Positions 40,941 through 53,384 of a stretch of 64,000 bases of DNA are shown here, piece by piece (within the stretch, counting starts at the first letter, position 1; the number at the start of each line of letters is the position of its first letter). The translations under genes and the position numbers were made by a program. The stretch is from the human T2T-CHM13v2.0 reference genome, Homo sapiens. The stretch lies in NCBI RefSeq assembly GCF_009914755.1, contig NC_060945.1. The stretch is one strand, 5' to 3'. Below the pieces are notes generated by a model. It made no database searches and was not told where the DNA came from. It was given only the letters and a program-made list of their open reading frames with translations.

Positions 40941-41349
40941 TTCTTTTTTTTTTTTTACATAAGTATCTTTTTTAAAAAAAAATTTATTATTATTATACTT
41001 TAAGTTTTAGGGTACATGTGCACAATGTGCAGGTTTGTTACATATGTATACATGTGCCATGTTGGTGTGCTGCACCCATTAACTCGTCATTTAGTATTAG
41101 GTATATCTCCTAATGCTATCCCTCCCCCATCCCCCCACTCCACAACAGTCCCCTGTGTGTGATGTTCCCCTTCCTGTGTCCATGTGTTCTCATTGTTCAA
41201 ATCCCACCTATGAGTGAGAACATGCAGTGTTTGGTTTTTTGTCCTTGCGATAGTTTGCTGAGAACGGTGGTTTCCAGTTTCATCCATGTCCCTACAAAGG
41301 ACATGAACTCATTCATTTTTTATGGCTGCATAGTATTCCATGGTGTATA
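40941..41349 (-). mobile_element. 5'-truncated L1PA (about L1PA4) 3' end
   Basis: TATACTTTAAGTTTTAGGGTACATGTGCACAATGTGCAGG..., low divergence; perfect 15-bp TSD TGAGACCCTGTTTCT at 40926-40940 and 41350-41364. Confidence 0.95.
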
Positions 41350-41421
41350 TGAGACCCTGTTTCTAAACAAACAGACAAACTCGAACTCTAGTTAATGTAA
41401 TTGAATTTCTTAGAATATCAC

Positions 41422-41997
41422 TATGGCAGACAAATCCTAAGGAAGCCCCATTATCCAGCCTTCTGATACTCAAGTTCTTATGTAATCTCCTTCCCTTGAG
41501 TGTTTGTGGAGCCTGCGCGTGGCTTCTAACGAGTAGAAGACAGCAAAGTTAATAGTAGGTATAGGATTATGTGTATGTTATTATTTGATTACCTCACTAA
41601 TTTATAGGCAATTGCAATCCCCTTCTTACACCGAGACTCTCTTTCCCTTGTTGACTTTGAGGAAGCAAAAGGGAATGTTGGGAAGGCCTACAGGGCAAGA
41701 AAATAAGGATGGCTTTTTGGTGCCAGCTAGCAATAAACTGAAGCTCTCAGTTTGACAGTCTACAAGGAACTAAATGCTGCCAATAACCCCACAAGATTAG
41801 AAGCAGATCCTTTTCCAGACAGGCCTCAGATAAGACTCTAGTGTTGGCCAACACTTTGGTTGCAGACTTGTAATAGGAGCTCTTGATTTGGAAAATCCAG
41901 TGACGTTCTACCCTAACTGCTGACCCACAGTACCTGTGTGTTAGTAAGCTGTTAAGTTTGTGGCATCACTGCTTTGCAGCAAGAAATAATTAATTCA
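41422..41997 (+). mobile_element. MLT1E/F-type LTR
   Basis: TGTAATCTCCTTCCCTTGAGTG..GGCTTCTAACGAGTAGAA..GGAACTAAATGCTGCCAATAACC..GCAGCAAGAAATAATTAATTCA. Confidence 0.8.
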
Positions 41998-42047
41998 AGT
42001 ACCTAACATACATGAAGTGCTGATACAGTGTTAGCTATTATTATTAC

Positions 42048-42450
42048 ATGTGGCAAGACAATAAGCTTTGAAATCACAAAAATTTGAATGTAAATATAAA
42101 CTGTCCATTACTACTGTTAAGTTTGTAAAGACACTTTCAGAGTTCAAATTCCTTCATCTGAAAAATAGGGGCAATGATATCTACCCAATACATTCTTTAT
42201 GAGGGATGATAATAATAAAATAAACTTGATAAAATGATAACTAATATTTATTGAGTATATACCATGTAATTTTCCTATATTATCCTATTTAATTTAATAT
42301 TATTAAATGATCTTATGTGCCATAGACATTTACAAATAAGAAACTATAGTACAGAAAAATTAAGTAGCTTCAATCAAGTGGCTGTTGATGAATATAGTCA
42401 GGGTCTAAACATTGGTAGCCAGACTTTAGAATCTGAACCATACAGTGATC
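42048..42450. mobile_element. Two MIR fragments, + (about 42048-42215) then - (about 42235-42450)
   Basis: TTCCTTCATCTGAAAAATAGGGGCAATGAT and ATATTTATTGAGT..CATTTACAAATAAGAAACT. Confidence 0.6.
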
Positions 42451-42971
42451 CTCTGCCAGATAAAATAATTATTTCAACAGATGTAATTTTGATCACTAAC
42501 TATGTTCTACTTTTTATTTTAGGTTAAGTGATATAACAGAATGAAACAGACATTTAGACGTTAGGTGAGGCAAAACTACCAAAAGGGAATGGGAAATAGC
42601 TGCCAGATAAGTAGCATTAAAACCAATTAGGTATGATATTCCGTAAGCCTAGAGAAATTTTGGTTAACATTTTATATGTTCGTGATAGGAAATCTTAGAT
42701 GAGAACTGGACATTATGCAATTGACCATTGCATAATAAAGGGGTCTTGTTGAGAGCAGATTTGCCCTTGTTGACAGCAGATTTGGTAGGATGGTGTGGGT
42801 AAAAGTCTAATTGAAACCAGTTTAGACAAAGTCAGTGAAGAGGATAGCACAAATAACACTTCAAATGAATTTGCATATAAAAGGAGCAGTCGTTGGAAGG
42901 GAAAAATAGTCATAAGAGCAATATTTTTGTTTGATTTAAAATGGGAGAGATATAAACATGTTTACATACTC

Positions 42972-43888
42972 AATTAGTCAGTGTTCTCTAGAGAAACAGA
43001 ATAGGGTACATACCTAGATATATAAAAAAGGGATTTATTATGGGAATTGCCTGATGCAATTATGGAGGCTGAGAAGTCTCACAGTCTGCCGTCTCAAGCT
43101 GGAGAAGCAGGAAAGCTGATGGTGTAATTTAGGCTGATTCTGAAGGCTTGAGAACCAGAGGAGCCAACACTGTATCTCTCAGCGCCATAGCAAAAATGTG
43201 TGCTATGGTTGAAGGTTATGTCCCCTCAAATAATCATGTTGAAACTTCATACCTAATGTAACAGCATTAAGAGAAGGGGTCTTCAGGAGGTGGTTAGGCC
43301 ATAGGGGCTCCACCCTTATGAATGAGATTAGCCATGTTGGAAAAGGCTGGAGGGAACTAATTAGGACCATTTCTGCCCTTCTGCTCTCCTACCACATGAG
43401 GGTACAGCAAGAAGGCCTTCTGCAGACACTAAATGCCAGGGCCTTGATCTTGGACCTCCCAGACTCTAGAACCGTAAAGGATATATATTTGTTATTTTTT
43501 ATGAATTATCCATTCTAAGGTATTTGGTTAGAGCTGCAGAAACGGATGATGACAGGCAAAGAATCAAGGGACCCGCTGATGCAATAAATATTGGAGTCTG
43601 AATGACTGAGAACCAGGAGCTCTGATACCCAAAGGCCGGAGAGGATGCATGTCCCATCTCCAGAGAGAGAGCAATTTTCACTTCCTCCACCTTTTTGTTT
43701 TGTCTGGGCCCTCAATGAATTGGGTGATACCTGCCTACATTGGCGAGGGTGGTCTCCTTTACTTGGTCTGCTGATTCAAATGTTAATCTCTTCTGAAAAC
43801 ATCCTCATGGACACACCCAGAAATCATGTTGTATCAGCTATCTGGGTATCCTTCAACCCAGTCAGGTTGATACACAATAACTATCACA
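42972..43888 (-). mobile_element. MLT2B-type ERVL LTR interrupted by an MST
   Basis: ATTAGTCAGTGTTCTCTAGAGAAACAGAA..GGAGGCTGAGAAGTC | ..GATTCAAATGTTAATCTCTTCTG..GACACACCCAGAAAT..AACTATCACA. Confidence 0.85.
43201..43554 (+). mobile_element. MST (C/D-like) MaLR LTR
   Basis: TGCTATGGTTGAA..GGCTCCACCCTTATGAATGAGATT..GCCTTGATCTTGGACCTCCCAG..GACA. Confidence 0.8.
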
Positions 43889-43894
43889 TACAGT

Positions 43895-45250
43895 AAATAA
43901 ATAATCCAGTAGAGAGGAAATAACCTTCAGAAAAGATGTGGGCAAATTGCTATAGAGTACTGTCTTTGAATAGGTGAAAGTAGATGGGTTCTAACGTATG
44001 AGTGAAGAGCTGGCTTTGAGTAGAGAGAAACTTACAGTTCATGGACCATAACATTGGAAAGGGTCAGATTGTATAAGTAGACTATGCTAGGTGCATAGAA
44101 AGGTAGGTTATAGCTTAGAAACTTCTGATGATTTGCAAGTCAAATTAGAAGCATGACTGAAGATGGAGAGAAGGAAGGGGAGATTATAAGAGAGAGTAGG
44201 GGGTATGAAATTATCATTTGGAGAGCAAATTGACTAAGTCATATGATTTCCAGGCAAGATTAAGGAGACACTTCAGATTATTAATCATGAATTCAAAGTG
44301 CCAAAAGTCAGTATGTCTCTGTTTTTTGTTTGTTTGTTTGTTTGTTTGTTGTTTGCTTGTTTTTGAGACAGAATCTCGCTCTGTCACCCAGGCTGGAGTG
44401 CACTGGCGCAATCTTGGCTCACTGTGCAAGCTCTGCCTCCTGAGTTCACGCCATTCTCCTGCCTCAGCCTCTCGAGTAGCTGGGACTACAGGCACCCGCC
44501 ACCACGCCCAGCTAATTTTTTGTAGTTTTAGAAGAGACGGGGTTTCACCGTGTTAGCCAGGATGGTCTCGATCTCCTGACCTCGTGATCTGCCCGCCTCG
44601 GCCTCCCAAAGTGATGGGATTACAGGCGTGAGCCACCGCGTTCGGCCTTCTGTGTTTTTACTCTAACTGTATACAGCTCTGCAGATGTGGTATGTATTAG
44701 GAGGGGGATTATATTTAATCTTGTCTGGGATTTTTCTAGGTAAGTACAATAAAAGGAAATTGACACCAAGAAGTTGATAGTTTATATAATAATAGTTGAC
44801 CATAGAATTTAAGGTGGAGAAGAAGTTATTGAATATATGGCAAGGATGAAGGACTGTGAAAAGGTGGTGACATCAGTGGAATTTAGGTCCAAAAGATTGT
44901 TAGAGTGTGAGCCTTAGTAAGTAGAACATGGAAAAATAAGAAGTATTGGTCTGTGAGAGGGTTGTACAAAACTGAAGTAATGCAGATGTTGCAATTATTG
45001 CTGATAGCATGTTCTTTGTAGGGTCATTCAAATGGAAGTTTGGGGTACAGTGGGAAAAATACTAAGAGTGCAGTTGCCTCACCTCCTAGGCCAGAGAGTT
45101 GCAAAGGCCACCTGTGTGGCTATTTATATTACGAAGAATTATGTCAAAGTATTTTAGGAATGAGTGAGAGTGAGACAAGAAGTAAAACCCTCGGGAAATG
45201 AGGAAAGACGTGGAAGTCCATAAGTGTTTGTAACACTGAGTAATTGTACG
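43895..45250 (-). mobile_element. Fragmented L2 body (also about 42500-42970), interrupted by AluY
   Basis: Purine-rich reverse L2-like sequence (TAATCCAGTAGAGAGG..GGATGAAGGACTGTGAAAAGGTGG). Confidence 0.5.
44322..44647 (-). mobile_element. AluY with (GTTT)n tail
   Basis: Reverse AluY diagnostics (GTTCACGCCATTCTCC, CCGTGTTAGCCAGGATGG). Confidence 0.95.
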
Positions 45251-45260
45251 TGCATTAGAA

Positions 45261-45433
45261 AAATGGTTTCTTAAAGTGTGACTTTCAATGGTTGTTGCTA
45301 GAAATGCAAATTGCCAAGCAAATTTCTTGTTAGAAATGCAAATTTGATCAACAATTCTGGTTAGGGCTCAGCAATCTCTCTTTTAACAAGTCTTCCAGAT
45401 GATTGTGACATATTCTAAAATTGAAAACAACTG
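45261..45433 (-). mobile_element. MER5A
   Basis: TTAAAGTGTG..TTGTTAGAAATGCAAATT..CAGCAATCTCTCTTTTAACAAG..AACAACTG. Confidence 0.75.
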
Positions 45434-45434
45434 A

Positions 45435-45590
45435 ATATAGTAATATAATATAATGGCATGAGATCTAAAACTTGGATGGAATATAATGGCATGAGATCTA
45501 AATGCCATTTAGATGGCATTAATATATAATAAATGGCATGAGATCTAAAACTGAAGATTATAATATAAGGGCATGAGATCTAAAACTGGG
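45435..45590. repeat. Four copies of the 15-mer GGCATGAGATCTAAA separated by variable spacers
   Basis: Exact copies at 45455, 45488, 45535 and 45570. Confidence 0.95.
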
Positions 45591-45709
45591 GATTTTAGGG
45601 ACAATTAGGACGAATGGTCTGGAAGTTACAAGGAAAAGCAAAGTTGAATCCACCCTACTTTTGGGTCTGGTGAACAAAGAGGTGGGACATACCTTCTTTA
45701 TCATGTTTT

Positions 45710-45890
45710 GGTTATTAGCTTACTAACCACTGACTATATACTAGAAAATATGATAGCTTTACATGGATGATCTAATTTAATCAAATAGCTCTCTTTGGTA
45801 AGTACTATTGCAATCTACATTTTACAAAGGAGGAAACTGACATAAAATTATGTTAAATGACTTGCTCAAGCTCATATAGCTAATACATCT
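45710..45890 (-). mobile_element. MIR
   Basis: CATTTTACAAAGGAGGAAACTGA..GTTAAATGACTTGCTCAAG. Confidence 0.7.
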
Positions 45891-46471
45891 TTATTCCTCC
45901 TCACTTTTATATATTTTATAATCCAATCGAATATTTATTTCAACAATCCTCCACCTCTGGTTTTAGTAACACTCATATATTTTACTACCATTTCAGACCG
46001 ACACTGACTGGTTTGTATGTTCCTCATGAAGTCAGGTGGTCAATGTTAGAACTGCCCTAATTCATCCTGTCTGATACTTCCAAAGACTCATTAGAATAGT
46101 AGATTTGAAAGGGCTCTTCTAACTTGCCTGCTCTAACTTTTCTCTTTTATGTAATGCTCAGAAAGTTAGTACTTGACAGACAAAATGTCAGCAGCAGAGT
46201 TTTATGAAAATCTCTGACCCCCATTAAAACTATTTTTTATTATACACCCCATTTCTTCAGTTGAAGCATATTTAGACTAGACACTCATGCTATGATTTAT
46301 TTCTTCTCGCTCAGACTTGCTGTTAATCAATGGCTAAAAATGTAATTCCCAGAAATGTGCCACCCCCAAATTCCTTCCTACGCACAGGTGCCAGAGTCAT
46401 CCATCCAAAATGTGCAACTGATCATGTTACTTCTCTGATTAAAAGTCCTTTAAAATCTCCTATTGCTTACA

Positions 46472-47000
46472 GCTGCGTGGTGCTTTTTCTTTTAGTTTTA
46501 ACACAGAGGAAAGTGACAGAGTGCTATGTAATCTCTGAAAATAAACTATCTCTCTCTTTCTCCCTTCTTCCCTCTCCTTTTCTCTTTCCCTCTTTTCTCC
46601 CCCTTCCTTTCTTTCTCAGATCTCAGCCAGATTTCACTTTCCAGCCTCTCTTGCAATTAGAGATGGCCAACTGACTGGATTTTAACCATAGAAAGCCAAA
46701 TAATTCAAGGGTGTCACTTCCAGTCCATACTTGTTAAGGAAGCAGATATGTCATTTTACCCACTCTCTCTACTTTTGTTAGCTTGAAATGATCACCTAGA
46801 AGACTCTGGAAACAGTGTTGAAGGCTGTAGTTCTTGAGTGACTCAGTAGAGTAGAGTGCTTTCCCACCCCTGACTCCTGCAGGCACTAATCAGAAACACC
46901 ATTTTTGATATATATGTGAATGAAAAATAAACGTATTATTTGAACACATGGATATTTCAATGTTTACATTTTATAGCCACTGGTGCTACTTTAACTTACA
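46472..47000 (+). mobile_element. Old MLT1 (I/J-like) LTR within an L2
   Basis: TTTCCAGCCTCTCTTGCAATTAG..GTGTCACTTCCAG..GTGAATGAAAAATAAAC..AACTTACA. Confidence 0.6.
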
Positions 47001-48019
47001 CTGTGCCCTAATTTTTGACTCCATGATGTTCTATGCACATTACACATTTTGGATTCAAATTACCTGTTTATAAATCTGTTTCAGCCATAAGACTGTGAGA
47101 TCTTGATTAAAGGGATGATGTCTAGATTTGTCTGTAAGTATCCACTGATCAATACAGCATAATTGTGGCACAATATCTAAGGTTGAACCTACATGCTAAC
47201 ATGTTTTGCCTGCTTGTTTCAAATGGATCAGTGAAAACAATCAGACTGCACAGTTTAAAAATGTTTTGACTTGTGAAATGGAAATTACTTATACATCTAT
47301 GAAGAAGATAACGTCTAAAAATTCATATAAAGCTTTTGAAAATATTACTAGAATATAACTGCCTATTTGTGAAGCACCATTGCTTTAAAAGCTATTGGAA
47401 ATTATATGTTTTATTTTGTTGTCTTAAAGGAGGCTTAGGATGATTCGGAAGGTTATACTTATATTTTTAAGACGCAATTATGTTATCCACTTCTCTTGGT
47501 TTCTTTTGGTGGTTAACAGCATATCTATCGAGATGAATTAAACGACGTAGCAATTAGTATACTGTAAGATGTCATTTGCTAAATGGGTGAGCAATCGCGT
47601 GGACAAACATTTTACACTGAAATAATGATTTACTTACAGAAATCAATAGCTATGTCTTTTTTGGCTCTAAGTGGTTTATGGAACATAACCTCAACAAATT
47701 GTAGAAATAGAATCACCACAGTGCATTATGCCTTTCTTTAATAAAAGCAATACACAGCTGGTGAGACTAAGGTTTTGTTGAATGATATTTATATAGAAAT
47801 TTTCAGTATAATAAATTTGAGAATTAAGATGAAATAGAAATGAATCTTTTTATAATTTGTTGATATACTGATGTTTATTAATTGGACATTATCAAAAATC
47901 ATAACTAACAATAGTAAATATCCTTCATGTAACAGATTAAGTGAGACACTTATTGCTATTTAATAGAATCCAGGAACCAGAGGCCAGGTATTTTGATTTT
48001 CATCATAGTGACCCCAATA

Positions 48020-48560
48020 CTAGTAGTTTTCAGTGGATATAACACCGCTGGTAGGGAATAGCTGGCACATGCATACAATTTTTCTAGTTGTCACAAGATT
48101 GGAGAATACTTCTGTCCTTTACTGTGCCAGGGATAAGAAAGATAGAAGGCCTGCCAGACAGGCTTGACTTTCATTCTACTCACGTTCAAATGGTGACTGG
48201 ACATTCAGATAAATGAAACACATGTTTATAATTATCTGTCTTAGAATATATTTAAAACAAATATCAACATAAACTATTTTTTGAAGTTTCAAGTTGTAAA
48301 GAATTTTCCTCAAATTAAAATTCACTTTTAACCGAGGGATGACTCAAAATTTTATCAAGAATATTTTACCATCCTGGAAACTCTTATCCTAAATAGCAAT
48401 ATGCTTCTCTTGGCATTGGAGCCACCTTTCTTATATAATTTCTTCTTTGTATTACAATTATAGCATTATGTTGATTTTTCAAATGTGTGTTAAGTTTCAT
48501 ATATAATTTTAATTCAGGATAGTAGAGGGAGCATGATTAATATTTAAATAAGGGTTTTCT
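48020..48560 (+). mobile_element. MER20B-like hAT-Charlie element
   Basis: TTTTTCTAGTTGTCACAAGATTGG..GGACATTCAG..TGTTTATAATTATCTG. Confidence 0.6.
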
Positions 48561-48609
48561 ATATTTATGGTAAAATCTATACTCTGAAAATACTATATAA
48601 TGACGTGCT

Positions 48610-48759
48610 ACTAAGCACCTCTTCCCAACTCCACATTTAGTGACATCCCATCATAACTTGAAATTGGATATGGTGGGTGTATTTACACTATGGGATTTGC
48701 AGATGTACAAATCATTGCTCAACCTCTCCCATCTTTCAGTAATCACCAGTACACCACTC
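48610..48759 (-). mobile_element. MER63A (hAT-Blackjack)
   Basis: CTCTTCCCAACTCCACATTTAGTGACATC..TTGAAATTGG..GTATTTACAC..CCAGTACACCACT. Confidence 0.75.
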
Positions 48760-49412
48760 TCAGAAACATAGTCCTGTCCATTATAGATAACCAGGATCTA
48801 TAAACCCCGTATATTGTGCTAGTCATTAACTAGCAGTAAATAAAGTTACCTGTAAGTTAAAAGAGGTAATGAGCATAATATCATACAAAACACTCTTATT
48901 ATTAACTATACAAAATGGATTTCTTTTTTATGTTTTCCCCATTCAGACAGATATAGAAGTCCAAAGGTTTCACTTACTTATTGGGTGTATTTTGCAACAA
49001 ATTTTTCCAGGAATCATTAAGACACAACATTGCATAATATTAAACTTCCGTAGAAGAATTACAGATCTTTTCCACCCATATGCTATTGCAAGCAAGTGAT
49101 AATGACATGCATTTTGAAATCATCAAGCTGAAATGATCCTGACCATGCTGTACGGTTTATAATTTTAGATATCTAGGTAATCAATCTTTCATGTGCTAGA
49201 CTAGATCCACGTTTTTTATGAGAAAAAATAAAAGGCTTGTTCTGTCTGAAGGCACTTCTTCATCCAAACCCATACAGCTTTGGGGTTAGTGCTCCTTGGA
49301 CTCAATTCTGAGTGAGATGTTTCCCATCACTCATACATTATGGTCTCACTCAACAGCTAAGAGTACCTTAGCTCCAGGTTATCATTAGAGAATACTATTA
49401 AAAACTGTCTTC

Positions 49413-49767
<355 letters not shown>

Positions 49768-49875
49768 TTAACAGATAAATTTTTGAAGTAGTATACCCTT
49801 TTATCTAAAGAGAACTGGTTTTTCACACCAAAAAACAATTTCCTAAAATAATATGATACAAAACAGTATTACAGT

Positions 49876-50188
49876 TGATACGGTTTAGCTATGTCCCCAC
49901 CCAAGTCTCATATTGAATTGTTGCTTCCATAATCCTCATGTGTAGGGTGAGGGACCCAGTAGGAGGTAATGGAGTCATGGGGCAGGTATTTCCCATGCTG
50001 TTCTTGAAATAGTGGTTTTATAAATGGGAGTTTCCCTGCCCACACGCTCTTGCCTGCCGCCATGCAAAACATGCCTTTGCTCCTCATTTGCCTTCCACCA
50101 AGATTGTGAGTCAATTAAATCTCTTTCCTTTATAAATTACCCAGTCTTAGGTATGTCTTTATTAGCAGTGTGAGCACAGACTAATAAA
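49876..50188 (+). mobile_element. THE1B-type LTR with two short internal deletions
   Basis: TGATACGGTTTAGCTATGTCCCCACCC..CAGACTAATAAA; TSD ACAGT/ATAGT; one deletion is at a TGTGAG microhomology relative to the recalled consensus. Confidence 0.9.
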
Positions 50189-52331
50189 ATAGTATATTTT
50201 TAAGTCCTCAAAAATCATATTAAAAATAATGTAAAATATATTCCTGATTTGCACACCAACAGTTTTTATGATATTACTCAATATGCTCCTCATTGTAAAC
50301 ATATGAGATATAATGCGGTAATATTATTTGAGATCTTTGTAATGGGTTCATTACTTGCTTTCCTTAAGGTATCTGCACTCCTTTCTTTTTACTGACTATA
50401 AAATGATTGTTTCCATTTCTCTTTGGCTTTTAGAAAGCTAAGATTCAAACTGAAGGTTAACTGAATCAATTATGTAATCTTTATTCTCATAATTATGTCT
50501 TTACCTAATCCTTAACTTCATATACATACATATATATATTTCTTTGCACTGACGTTTTCTTGCTATTCATAACCCTTTTTCCTCCTTTTTTTTCAGTTAC
50601 TGCTCTTGATTTTAGTGTACTAAAAATCACGTGCAACATGACAGCCTACAAATAGGTAAAGTATAGATACAATTATATAAAGCTTTATTTTCATACTCCT
50701 ACATTTTACACCACAATGAAGTAAAACAAAACAAAAAAAATTAAGGAAAATAAAAATTCAGTGATCATTTTAGTACTTATTTTATTTCACCATTGTTAGA
50801 TCTCACTATATCTTGCTGGTTCAGAATATCATAGAGATGGATAAAGAGTGGTAGCATAATTAACAACAGTCTTTATTTTCACCTTGCCAAATGGCTTTGA
50901 ATGAAAAAAAAATGAGTAGATGTACACAAAATAACTACTAACATATATATACATATATATATATATATATGATTTCATGATTAGAAAATATGGCTCTCTG
51001 AAGTACATTTCATAGGTTAAAAAAGCATGCAAAAATGCTTTTCATTCTCAACTTGCAATATCTAAACAATAAACTTACATGGGGAAAATGTGTTGCCCTT
51101 GACAATTATGCAGGTACATTCTGAATTCATGCTACAAACTTCAAGAAGCGGCTGGTCTTTTCTATTTTTTTTTTTCTATCATCTAAGATATCCTTTGAGA
51201 ATATTCACTTAGGTGTTTTCCAGCCAGACAGTTAATGTCATTGCTGTTATTCCTTTGTTTAGCAGAAGCAAGACTTTATTTATGGCCCTAACTATTGCTA
51301 CTCTAGAGTAGAGCAGTTGTGCTGTGATATATTAGGGCAGTTTGTCATTTCTATATAAAAATATTCCTTTTATATGATAACACTTTGATCAAAATACTGG
51401 GCTTCAGCCACAGTAGGAAAATAAGAAGCAGCAATTAAAGTTGCTCAGGTGAAGAAAGAATCCAGTGTATGCTATATTAATAGTTCATCAGTGTAACACA
51501 ATGTAGTGTAACAAATGCATCTGATAATGTAATTTCTTTTCAAAAGACAGTTTAAAAAGATTGATTCACCAACATTCATCTTACAGTCAAGACTGAAGAA
51601 TTTGATTTGTTGTTGCCTGTTCTCTTTATTCTGATAGTTTGTTGTATCTCTCTTTATAAAAATGTCACATTAATACTATTTCTACCTTAGATAGCTCATC
51701 ATCTCAATTCTATTATTTTCATATGACTAGGGTTATAGAACAGCTGCCACTTGGCTGAGTGTTGTCAGGCTCAGAAAGTGATATTTTCTTTTGGAGGAAC
51801 ACTATTTGTAAATCCACTCAACACTCCCGAAAATCTTTATTTGGTGTTAGTAAATTGTTGCCCTGATGGTGCCATGTTTACAAAGGAAGTTTCTAATTGA
51901 TGTGACGTTTTCTTCAACAAAGATTTAATAACTTTTGCTATATTGGTAAATTGCTTGATTTATTTTACCACTTACATAGTAAAAGCTTTGATTTAGAAAA
52001 TGCCTGTGTGTTATATTGTGGTACAAAGGATAGGGAACCTATTGAGGCTCTCCAGATCTAAAAAATACACAATGTTTAATTTTAAACAAGCTTCCATTAT
52101 TTTCTTGTAACCACAATTTCACTTTGGCAGTTTGATGAGGCCATTGGAAGTCATAATTTATTTATTTCAAAGAATAAAAACTGTTTTAGCCAGAAAATAC
52201 ATTTTTTTCAGTAACAGCTTTAAAATACATTCATTAAAACAACTAATATTAAATTGTGTTGGCATATCATCATGAACAAGGACAAAATAATTAAATATTA
52301 GAAATTTTGCTGAAAAATAAAATGCTATTAA

Positions 52332-52830
52332 TTTCATTCAATCATTACGCATATATTAACCACCTTCTACAAGTCAGATACTATTCTGAGCATTGAGAAA
52401 ACACTCGATATTCAAAATAATATTGGTGTTTCTATAGCTAGCTTGTATTTTGTTGTGTGAGACAAATTAAAAAAGGAAATTGTATATAATGTTTCAGGTG
52501 GTGAAAAGTGTTCTTAATTAAAATAAATGAGATAAGGACCTAAAGAGTGACAATTTTGATGGGTCAGAAAGAAGAAGTTCTAGTTTAAACAATGTAGTAA
52601 GAGAGGATCCTTCTGAAAGAGAAATTTGAGCAGAAAATTGAAGGAGGTTGAGAAATAAAGCACAAATACCAGAGAGCAAAATCTTTCTTGTAAAGACAAT
52701 AGCAAGTGCAAAAACAAAGCAGGAGTGAACTTAGAGGGGCATCAAGATGGTTGAAGCATGGTGGGAAAGTGAGGAGGCTTTAGGACACAGGTTCAACTCC
52801 AAGTGAAATGTGAAGTTGTTGAGGGTACAG
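52332..52830 (-). mobile_element. L2 3' remnant
   Basis: TTCATTCAATCATT tail..ATTTGAGCAGAAAATTGAAGG..AATAGCAAGTGCAAA. Confidence 0.7.
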
Positions 52831-53072
52831 TTCTAATTTTTTTTTGAAAATGGCACTAATGTATAAACTATTTCAGACAAAATATATTTCAAGGTGTAAG
52901 CTATATGTCTCAGCTCATTAAATTGCTAATATGACATTTAAAAAGTCATCAAAACACATTAAATTGCCTTGACAAATGGTACTTAGAAGCTTTTTTAATG
53001 TGACATCTGAGTTGAACATAAAGGTCACATCGAACACACTAAAATGCATAAAAACAATGGGCAGTGTTTCTA

Positions 53073-53325
53073 AAACATCATTATGTTCACACTCATATGT
53101 GGGAGCTAAGCTATGAGGATGCAAAGGCATAAGAATGATACACTGGAATTTGGAGACTCAGGGAAAAGGGTGTGGGGTGGTGAGGAATAAAAGGCTACAC
53201 ATTGGGTATAACATGCTGCTTGGGTGTTGGTTAAACCAAAATTTCCAAAATCACCACTAAAGACCTTATTCATGTAACCAAACACCACCCGTTCCCCAAA
53301 ATCCTACTGAAATGAAAAATTAATT
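53073..53325 (+). mobile_element. L1PB1-type 3' end
   Basis: GGGAGCTAAGCTATGAGGATGCAAAGGCATAAGAATGATAC..ATCACCACTAAAGACCTTATTCATGTAACCAAACACCACC. Confidence 0.9.
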
Positions 53326-53384
53326 AATTAATTAATTAAAATTTCAGCTTTTATTTTAGATACATGGAGTACGTGTTTGTTATT

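Noticed and set aside
45435-45590. CRISPR array
   Set aside because: Primate DNA with no cas genes; the repeat is only 15 nt and the spacers are derived from the repeat itself
51857-51875. CTCF-like motif (also near 13716-13733)
   Set aside because: Core spacing does not fit the CTCF consensus
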